Origin: Candidatus Scatovivens sp.
GTDB lineage: Bacteria; Bacillota; Clostridia; TANB77; CAG-508
Reading direction: 5' to 3'
DNA: 64,000 bases
Assembly: GCA_045646345.1 (NCBI GenBank)
Contig: JAZRKN010000001.1
Coordinates: 128,001-192,000, forward strand
The translations under genes were made by a program, and so were the position numbers. Positions 31,297-39,010 of this stretch are shown piece after piece. The stretch's first letter is position 1; the number at the start of each line of letters is the position of its first letter. The notes under the pieces were generated by a model, which searched no databases, had not been told where the DNA came from, and saw only the letters and a list, made by a program, of their open reading frames with translations.

Positions 31297-32438
31297 ATGA
31301 TTTTCAAAAAAGTATTTTTAATAATTATTCTTATAAGTTGTTTATTTATATTTTGTGGTTGTTATAATACAATGGGAATTGATAAACAATACTTTATTGT
31401 TTCTTTAGGTCTGGATATAACAGACCAAAACAATTTAGCTTTAAGTGTTCAAATTCCATTTCCATCTAGCAATTCAAACAGTAGCGATTCTGCCCAATCT
31501 AGCGAATATCAAATTTATACTGTTGAAGCTCGAACTATTGATGAATGTTTATCTATTTTAAATAATTATTTAAATAAAAAAATTAACCTTTCTCATTGTT
31601 CTGCGTTGGTCATTTCAGAAAATCTTGCACGGAAAACGGAATTGAATCTTATATCAATACATTAACAAACAACACTGAATTAAGACATAGTTGCGAAATC
31701 ATTGTTAGTAGTACAACAGCAAAAGATGTTTTAGATAAGGTATCTAATTCTGGTGAAGTATTTTCGGCAAGACTTTTTGATTATTTATCAACTAGTGCAG
31801 ATTACACGGGTTATACAATTCAATCTACTTTTGGTGATTTTTTCCAAAGTTTAGATAATGATTATTATCACCCTTGTTCAATTTATGTTTCAGTTTTAGA
31901 TGATACAATTCAAACAAATGGAATTGCTATTTTTCAAAATGATTATATGTTAGGACATATTGATATTTCTAATTCAATTTCTCATTTAATGGTAACTAAT
32001 GATTTAAAAACTTGTACAATTACAATTGATAATCCTTTTGAAGAAGGTGAATTATTAGATTTAGATGTTTCTCTATATAAAGATACTTCTATAGATATTG
32101 ATATCATTAATGGTTCTCCTTTAATTTCTGTAACTATATATCCAGAAGGAACAATTCGTAGTTCTGGTAGTATTTTTAATTATATTAATAACGAAAAAAT
32201 TGATGAAGTTGAAAGAGAAATGTCAAACTATTTAAAAAAGATTCTAGAAGATTATCTATATACAATTTCTCATCAATATAACTCTGATATTGTAGGTTTT
32301 AAAGGAATTTGTCAAGCACAATATCTAACAAAAGAAGATTTCGATAAAGTAAATTGGGATAAGATATTTGGAGATTCTTTTTTCAATATCGAAATAAAAA
32401 CCAAAATAAATTCAAGTAATTTATTTAATAAAGAATAA
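31297..32438 (+). CDS. gerKC: Ger(x)C-family germination lipoprotein, split across frames at 31630-31640
   Basis: Lipobox-like IFCGC, SLGLD, INLSHCSALVISENLA; continues in another frame as GIESYINTL...SDIVGF; ORF track shows two pieces (31297-31665, 31596-32438). Confidence 0.85.
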
Positions 32439-32447
32439 GGAGTGTTT

Positions 32448-32615
32448 ATGAAATATGTTGCAATAATTTTTTTAATTTATTTCTTTCTGAAAAGTTATTT
32501 TTATGCAAAATTTGAAATCGAAAAAAAGAAAAATATTACAGGTGGAATATTAATTTTCATTCTCTCTCTTATCGGTTTAATTTTCCCATTAATTCTTCTA
32601 TTTACAATATATTAA
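32448..32615 (+). CDS. small two-TM membrane protein (55 aa) ending the ger operon
   Basis: Not in ORF track; AAGGAG SD, MKYVAIIFLIYFFLKSYFYAKFEIEKKKNITGGILIFILSLIGLIFPLILLFTIY. Confidence 0.7.
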   Translation: MKYVAIIFLIYFFLKSYFYAKFEIEKKKNITGGILIFILSLIGLIFPLILLFTIY

Positions 32616-32657
32616 AAAACAAGCTCGTCACACAAAATATAACGAGCTTTTAATTTA

Positions 32658-33812
32658 TTAATTCATTTTTATTTCTAGCATTTTATTTTTTAATTCTTGT
32701 TCTATATTCAAAAGTTGATTTTCTGCTGCTAAACGTTTTTCTCTACCAACTTTATGAATTTCAAGAATTTTATCTAATGTTTCAATAATATCTTTATTTG
32801 TTTGTTGCAAAGTTTCAACATTAACAATTGCTTTTTCAGATTCTTCTGCTATTTCAATAGTTCCTTGTTTTAGCATTTCACTATTTTTTTGTAACATATC
32901 ATTTGTTGTATCTGTAACTGCTTTTTGCACATCTAATGCACTTTTGGCATTTACAACACCTAAGGCTATAACTATTTGATTTTTCCATAATGGTATCGTA
33001 TTAATTAATGAGCTTTGTATTTTTTCTACCAATTCACTATCATTATTTTGTATTAATCTTATTTGTGGAGCCATTTGCAACGATATAATTCTTGTTGTTT
33101 TTAAATCATAAATTTTCTTTTCAAATCTATTTATTGCATTAACCATATCATTTACTTTTTGAATATCAGCTTGTTCTCCTGAATCTTCTGCAACTTTTTG
33201 CAATTCTGGTAATGTTACATTTCTCAATTCTTCTAATTTTCTTTCACCAGCAATTATATACAATGATAAATCTTTGAAATATTCTAAATTCTTTTCATAC
33301 ATTGTATCAAAAATTGTAATATCCTTTAACATTTTTATTTTTTGTGTTTCTAATTGTTTCTCAATTTTTGCAATATTAGATTCTACTTTACTAAATTTAG
33401 CAATCATTTTTTCTATATGTTTTTTTGCATTAAAGAATAATCCATATAATCCTTTTGGATTTAAACTTTGTGGAACATCTGCATCAAAATCCTTAACTTG
33501 AACAACAAGACTTGCTAATAAATCTCCTACTTCTCCTGCATTTTTTGTCTTTACTGTTTGAAGTACAGAATCAGAAAAAGTTGATATTTTATTTTGTGCT
33601 GAAGCTCCATACTGTAATAATTGTGCTGAATCTGTTACATCTACTTTTTCGCAAAATTCATCTATAGCTTGCTTTACTTCTGGTTCTAACAATTCATAAT
33701 TTAAAGAACTTTCTACTTTTTCTTCAGTTACTTGTTCTCCTGTTAAAATTTCTTTTTCGATTTTTTCTGAAGCCATTTTTGGCTCTACTTTTAATTCTAA
33801 TGCTTCGCTCAT
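32658..33812 (-). CDS. telA: toxic anion resistance protein TelA/YaaN family
   Basis: LQYGASAQ, EVGDLL, QMAPQIRLIQNN, NTIPLWKNQ. Confidence 0.92.
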   Translation of the reverse strand: MSEALELKVEPKMASEKIEKEILTGEQVTEEKVESSLNYELLEPEVKQAIDEFCEKVDVTDSAQLLQYGASAQNKISTFSDSVLQTVKTKNAGEVGDLLASLVVQVKDFDADVPQSLNPKGLYGLFFNAKKHIEKMIAKFSKVESNIAKIEKQLETQKIKMLKDITIFDTMYEKNLEYFKDLSLYIIAGERKLEELRNVTLPELQKVAEDSGEQADIQKVNDMVNAINRFEKKIYDLKTTRIISLQMAPQIRLIQNNDSELVEKIQSSLINTIPLWKNQIVIALGVVNAKSALDVQKAVTDTTNDMLQKNSEMLKQGTIEIAEESEKAIVNVETLQQTNKDIIETLDKILEIHKVGREKRLAAENQLLNIEQELKNKMLEIKMN

Positions 33813-33831
33813 TAATTCTTCCCCCTTAAAA

Positions 33832-34152
33832 TTACTTATCTATAGTTTCTCTAGTTTTTATATTATAAAGTTCTACTCTAAATTTGTTTGTTCTTTCTTT
33901 TAAATCTACTATATTAGAAAAAACTAAATCAATATTTTCAAGCTCTTCATATGTTAAAAAATATTCATCTTCAGTTTCTAAGAATATTGCAACAGACATA
34001 GTTCCGTCTTCATCTGTGTATGCTTTTTGCACTAATTTTATTAAATGAACTGGAATTTTATATATAACTTCTTCTGTTTCAAAAGATAAAAATTTAGGTT
34101 TATATTCTATTATTTTAATCTCTTCATCATCTACATATACTTCTTTTCTCAT
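33832..34152 (-). CDS. hypothetical protein (106 aa, acidic)
   Basis: ORF within operon with AGGAGG SD. Confidence 0.7.
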   Translation of the reverse strand: MRKEVYVDDEEIKIIEYKPKFLSFETEEVIYKIPVHLIKLVQKAYTDEDGTMSVAIFLETEDEYFLTYEELENIDLVFSNIVDLKERTNKFRVELYNIKTRETIDK

Positions 34153-34155
34153 TTA

Positions 34156-35292
34156 TTATTTTCCTCCTAAGTAAGATATTAACTCATTATACATACTCAT
34201 TTTCAAACTAGATACAGTACTTGTTATTGTTTGTGGAACTCCTTTTATTCCTATTTTTGAAACATCATATGTTCCTCCTGTTACACCTGTTCTAAATCCA
34301 TATTTTTCCCAAGCAATTTGTCCTATCTCTGTATCTTCAAAAACTTCATTATATTTATTTCCATTTTCAGTAAATGTTGCTATGCAATGTGAATTCCACA
34401 TTGTAGGTGTTGGATATAATATTCTAATATTATCTTTTACTTGATTAAATCCATCCGGATTTGAAGTTGCAAATTCTACTATACTCTTTTCATAATCAAC
34501 AATCATAGGTTCTCCACCCATTCCTGTTTTTAAATATCTTTCAAATAAATCTGCTGGAGTATTATTCATATAACCAGATTTTTCATAGAAATCTTTTAGT
34601 TTTGGTAAGTTTTCTTGCATTGCAGACTCGGTTACATTTCCGCCACACATAATTGATAAAAGTAGCCCATAATATGTAGCTCCTGGAGAAGACGTTACTG
34701 GATCTGTAGAAGCAATATTTACACTTCCATAAAGCATATCCAAACCAATATCAGACCATTTCTTTCCCTCTAATATATAAGTTAGAAGTTTATTCATATC
34801 AGTTATATAATATACGCCTTCTTTTTCTGTTACAATTTCTTCTACAATTAATGCATCTACCACTTTATCCCAACTATAAATAACTATTGGTGTATTTAAA
34901 GTTAATCCACCATCTAAAACAGTATCTCTAGCTGCTTCTCCTTTTGATGCATCAGGTGGTAATTTGTAATAATCATAAAATCTTTGATCAGAACAAAACA
35001 TCAAATCGTATTTTGCCCCATCTTTTCTTAATAATGGATTTACAATCATTTTACCATTACTCCAATTATCATAAACAGCTTCAATACCATATTTTTCTTG
35101 CATTATTTGATTAACTCTTTCATCCGCAATAAAATCTTCTTTACCACCGCCAACAGCTACTGTTACTTTAGTTAGATTTTGTAATTTATTACTTATATTT
35201 CCCACATTTTCATTATCAGTTGCAAATTTTATTCCAACTATTATTAATATTAATAATATAAAAATTACAATTCCAATTGTTTTCTTTTTCAA
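34156..35292 (-). CDS. membrane-anchored substrate-binding-like protein (VWA/TelA-associated)
   Basis: N-terminal TM, GGGKEDF, NTPIVIYSW, STDPVTSSPG, YPTPTMW, YGFRTG; TTG start with AAGGAGG. Confidence 0.78.
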   Translation of the reverse strand: MKKKTIGIVIFILLILIIVGIKFATDNENVGNISNKLQNLTKVTVAVGGGKEDFIADERVNQIMQEKYGIEAVYDNWSNGKMIVNPLLRKDGAKYDLMFCSDQRFYDYYKLPPDASKGEAARDTVLDGGLTLNTPIVIYSWDKVVDALIVEEIVTEKEGVYYITDMNKLLTYILEGKKWSDIGLDMLYGSVNIASTDPVTSSPGATYYGLLLSIMCGGNVTESAMQENLPKLKDFYEKSGYMNNTPADLFERYLKTGMGGEPMIVDYEKSIVEFATSNPDGFNQVKDNIRILYPTPTMWNSHCIATFTENGNKYNEVFEDTEIGQIAWEKYGFRTGVTGGTYDVSKIGIKGVPQTITSTVSSLKMSMYNELISYLGGK

Positions 35293-35306
35293 GTAACTTA
35301 CCTCCT

Positions 35307-35936
35307 TTATTTTATATTAAAATCATTAATATCAGAAAAGCCTTCTGCTTTTAAAAGTGATTCAAAAACCTTCATTTCAGCATCTGTATCTAATATATCA
35401 GCTTGGTATAAATTAGCAAGTTGAACTTTAAATGATTCTTTTATCTTTACAATCATCTTCTCTGTTGAATCCATAAATTTTCTCATATCTTCGTTTTCAA
35501 GAGATTGGTTTTCAATCAAATCATATTTTTTTAATATTCTAACTGTTACAGGTAAATAATAATTAAAAAAGCTTTGAGTTTGATTTAATTTATTAGGTTC
35601 TTTTGTTATAGTATCAATAATCTTCTTGGCATAATCGTACACTTCTGTTATATTTTGTTTTAATTTTATATCTTCAACTTTATTTATCATTGAATATATC
35701 TCTGCATTTTGTTTTTTTGCATCATTTAATAATTCATAAAAATTTTTCTCTTTATTTAAAACCTCATTAGAATTGCTGTTATTAGAAAAAACTAAACTTC
35801 CGGCACCAAAAGCTAAAGCACCAATTCCCAATGATGGTAATATTGATATTCCAAATCCTAAATATGGAACTGCAAAAAATGTTGCACCAATTACAGCCGA
35901 TACTATTTGTCCTTTTAAATTTTGGTTATTACTCAT
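35307..35936 (-). CDS. XpaC-like 5-bromo-4-chloroindolyl phosphate hydrolysis family protein
   Basis: Two N-terminal TMs, FFNYYLP, DILDTDAEMKV; XpaC typically pairs with TelA. Confidence 0.82.
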   Translation of the reverse strand: MSNNQNLKGQIVSAVIGATFFAVPYLGFGISILPSLGIGALAFGAGSLVFSNNSNSNEVLNKEKNFYELLNDAKKQNAEIYSMINKVEDIKLKQNITEVYDYAKKIIDTITKEPNKLNQTQSFFNYYLPVTVRILKKYDLIENQSLENEDMRKFMDSTEKMIVKIKESFKVQLANLYQADILDTDAEMKVFESLLKAEGFSDINDFNIK

Positions 35937-37564
35937 TAATTATATCCTCTCACTTCTTTAAATGCTTTTAATAAATCATTTTTTCCATCAAAAACTTTAG
36001 CGTTTGTTAATTCTGCAATATTTTCTAATTCTCTTGCATAAGCATTACCAAACATAATTGAATAAATCGGAATTCCCTTATTTTGTTTATTATATTCCTG
36101 TGTTAGTTCTGCATAAGATCCTTCATTTGATAAACCATCTGTCATAAGTATTACTGAAAGATTATACTTTTCAGAATCTTCTTTGTTCAATATCTCCAAC
36201 GCTTTAATTGAAGTATCATAAATATTAGTAGATCCAGTTGGACTTAATGCTAATATTTTATTTAATAATTCTTCTGTTTTGGTTCCATCCATTGTTTGCC
36301 ATGTGTCAATTACATCTGTGCTAAATGGTATTACTGTTATTTTATCTTTTTCATTAAATTGTAATAAATCTTTTTTCGCTTCTTCTTGTGTTAATATATA
36401 TTTCATTGCATTTATTAATTCATGATAACCAGCTCCATACATACTTCCGGAATAGTCTAAACAAAATACTGTATGTATTGGTTTTCTAAATTCAGATTGA
36501 TATAACCCTAACGCTTCTTGAATTATTTTTGTATTTGGAAATTTTATAGGTACAATATATTTGGAAGTATTTATTCCCCAATCTGGATTAAATAACTCTT
36601 CATCAGCATTTTTATTAACACCACCATACCATGTTCTTCTTCCTGTTTGTGCTAATAATTCTTGTCCTTCATCACTTAATATATAATTTCTAAAACTTAA
36701 AAATATTTCTTTTTTTCTTTCATTATCATTATCTATATAAGCAAGTGGAGAATCTGAAATTGAAACTCCGTCAATTGGATATAATGCATACAGTGTTTCT
36801 TTGTTTTGTTGTTCTAATTGCTTGTTTATATTTATTATAGAAGATTCGTATGTAACAACAGCTTCATGTGAACTTTTTAAAAACATTTCTTCTAAAAAAC
36901 TTTCACTTCCTGAAGAACGTTCTAATCCATTAAATAAAGAAATTAATTCATTTTTTGTATTTTCATCTTCAAGATGATTTGTATTTAATACTTCTGGATT
37001 TCCTGCTAGTGTTGATAATAACCCTAAATAAGCTGTTGCTCCTGAATTTGTTTGAGTTGGATTAGACATACTAAATTTTAGTTTTCCTTCTTTTATTGCA
37101 TCAACAATATCTTTAGTATAAATATCTTTTCCTACAAATCCTAATTCTTTTGCTTTTGACTCTTTTATAGCAAATACAACTGGATTGATACTTGTTGATT
37201 TTGATTCTGACACTTTAACCAAATCATCTAGCATATAAAGCCAAACTGAATTTGAACACCATACAGCATCATATTTTTCACCAGAATTCAATTTTTCCAT
37301 TATTTCTAATGTTCCAGCATACTCTACTTCAATATCTATATTATTTTTAGTTGCATATTCGTTAATAATATTTTCTAAATCTTGGTTTTCTGAACTTGAA
37401 ATAATTTTTAAACAATTTTCTTTTTTATTAATCACATTAGAAAAAGTATTCAAATCGGTTTGGACTTGATCATAAACTATATTAAATAAATATGTTATGA
37501 TTAAAACTACACCTATAAATATAATGTATTTAATTTTACTTTTATCCAAGTTTCTTACCTCCAA
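35936..37564 (-). CDS. substrate-binding domain + VWA domain protein
   Basis: SNPTQTNSGA SBP motif; VWA MIDAS DYSGSM, T, MTDG; TTG start. Confidence 0.88.
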   Translation of the reverse strand: MEVRNLDKSKIKYIIFIGVVLIITYLFNIVYDQVQTDLNTFSNVINKKENCLKIISSSENQDLENIINEYATKNNIDIEVEYAGTLEIMEKLNSGEKYDAVWCSNSVWLYMLDDLVKVSESKSTSINPVVFAIKESKAKELGFVGKDIYTKDIVDAIKEGKLKFSMSNPTQTNSGATAYLGLLSTLAGNPEVLNTNHLEDENTKNELISLFNGLERSSGSESFLEEMFLKSSHEAVVTYESSIININKQLEQQNKETLYALYPIDGVSISDSPLAYIDNDNERKKEIFLSFRNYILSDEGQELLAQTGRRTWYGGVNKNADEELFNPDWGINTSKYIVPIKFPNTKIIQEALGLYQSEFRKPIHTVFCLDYSGSMYGAGYHELINAMKYILTQEEAKKDLLQFNEKDKITVIPFSTDVIDTWQTMDGTKTEELLNKILALSPTGSTNIYDTSIKALEILNKEDSEKYNLSVILMTDGLSNEGSYAELTQEYNKQNKGIPIYSIMFGNAYARELENIAELTNAKVFDGKNDLLKAFKEVRGYN

Positions 37565-37734
37565 GTATTATAAATTTTATTTGTATAATAACTCTAGTTT
37601 GCGCCATGTATAATAATTATATATTTATCAAAATCCATTTGCAACACTTTTTAGACAATAGAAAAATTATTTATCAATCCGCTCGATTTATTTTTTATTT
37701 TTTTAAACTTTATTATATTTTTTTCTTTTTTTAC

Positions 37735-37763
37735 TTGAATTCTATATTTTTATATGCTAAAAT
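37735..37763 (+). promoter_or_regulatory. sigmaA promoter of tRNA-Trp
   Basis: TTGAAT-N17-TAAAAT with extended TG. Confidence 0.6.
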
Positions 37764-37782
37764 TATTATTGTCAATTTACTT

Positions 37783-37857
37783 AGGGGTATAGTGTTAATG
37801 GTAGCACATCGGTCTCCAAAACCGCTTGTGTGGGTTCGAATCCTACTACCCCTGCCA
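37783..37857 (+). tRNA. tRNA-Trp (CCA)
   Basis: AGGGGTA/TACCCCT acceptor, GTGT/GCAC D stem, CTCCAAA anticodon loop, GTGGG-TTCGAAT-CCTAC T arm, encoded CCA. Confidence 0.97.
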
Positions 37858-37864
37858 GCATTCA

Positions 37865-37905
37865 AACCTCTGTAAAACTCGCTCTAGGGGCCAGTTACAG
37901 AGGTT
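37865..37905 (+). terminator. hairpin immediately after tRNA (islet left end)
   Basis: AACCTCTGTAA...TTACAGAGGTT followed by T-rich tract. Confidence 0.6.
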
Positions 37906-38004
37906 CTTTCTTCGTTTTTGATGCAGTTAAGAGGTTAAATGAAGTGATATGAAGCATTATGAAGTTTTTTATAGCTATATAGAACCTAAAATATGGAGGC
38001 TTTT

Positions 38005-38745
38005 ATGAAAGAAGAATCTTTTGAAACATTAATTAAATCTAAAAATGTACCATATAAAAATCGTTGGAAACCATTAAAAATATCAGGTATTGAAAAAGAA
38101 ATCGCTTCTGGCTGTTTAACCAATATGCCTACAGGTATACGAAAAAATATTGCTTATAATCTACAATATTTAGAATATTTAACTTTCCAATTAGAAGAAT
38201 TAGAATTAAATAGTATGATTATAAACTCTATTTATAAAAATTACATAGTTATTGGTTCTTCCATCATAGAAGCCATTTTCTATTGGATAATAAAAGATAA
38301 TAATTTATGTACAAAAAAAGACATAGGATTAATATTTACAACAAAGGCAAACCAAATTAGCCATAATGGAGATACTGTAGTTGTTGAAACAAATGTATAC
38401 AAAAAAGTACCTCCTTATGAGTTAGAAATGACTTATGATGCAATGATAAAAAAAATCGAGAGCAAAAAATTATTAAACCTTGGTCATAAAGCTTTTCCAT
38501 ATATAAAAAAATTTAGACAATTAAGAAATCGCGTTCATTTACAACTGTCTGCTAATGATTCTGATACTGACTGGTGGTCATTTTCAGCTAATGATTATAT
38601 ATTAATGAGATATATATTATATAAAATACTAAATGACTCAAAAATCAAAACTGTCTCTGCCACTCAAAGTTCATTATATTTTTTAAAACTAAATTTCTCA
38701 GAATTAAGAAAATTATATATTTATTTAAAAACTCCAAACCAATAA
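38005..38745 (+). CDS. hypothetical protein with HEPN-like motifs
   Basis: GSSIIEAIF helix and LRNRVH motif; ATG 38005 follows GGAGG; sole cargo of islet. Confidence 0.6.
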   Translation: MKEESFETLIKSKNVPYKNRWKPLKISGIEKEIASGCLTNMPTGIRKNIAYNLQYLEYLTFQLEELELNSMIINSIYKNYIVIGSSIIEAIFYWIIKDNNLCTKKDIGLIFTTKANQISHNGDTVVVETNVYKKVPPYELEMTYDAMIKKIESKKLLNLGHKAFPYIKKFRQLRNRVHLQLSANDSDTDWWSFSANDYILMRYILYKILNDSKIKTVSATQSSLYFLKLNFSELRKLYIYLKTPNQ

Positions 38746-38908
38746 AAAATAATGCATTTTTAATGCATTATAGAAGGCACATGAAGTTAAATGAAGTAAT
38801 ATGTAGTAAAATACACACTTTTTTGAAATGGCGTGAAGTGGCGAAATACTCGCTTAAAGTGGCAATATAGAGAATGAATGCAAGGTTCAAATAAGCCTAC
38901 CCCTGCCA

Positions 38909-38938
38909 AAAAGCAGATGCTTATGCACCTGCTTTTTT
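38909..38938 (+). terminator. terminator after the att repeat (probable original tRNA terminator)
   Basis: AAAAGCAGATGC...GCACCTGCTTTTTT. Confidence 0.6.
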
Positions 38939-39010
38939 ATATTTGATATTTTATTTTATTAGAAACAAAAACTCATAAATATCTTATTGATATTTATGAG
39001 TTTTAATGTT

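Larger units (their letters stand above)
37858..38908. mobile_element. integrase-less genomic islet at the tRNA-Trp 3' end
   Basis: Direct repeat CTACCCCTGCCA at 37846-37857 and 38897-38908 (the second preceded by GGTTCAAAT); terminator-like hairpin follows the second copy. Confidence 0.75.

Noticed and set aside
31596-32438. Separate 280-aa gene starting at TTG 31596
   Set aside because: No SD and the first residues are non-homologous; it is the C-terminal part of gerC
37792-37807. A24 in the tRNA-Trp D stem (Hirsh-suppressor-like)
   Set aside because: U11-A24 is native in many firmicute tRNA-Trp genes, so it is not informative alone
37606-37875. 89-aa ORF in the track
   Set aside because: Overlaps the tRNA-Trp gene and its promoter; low-complexity translation; spurious
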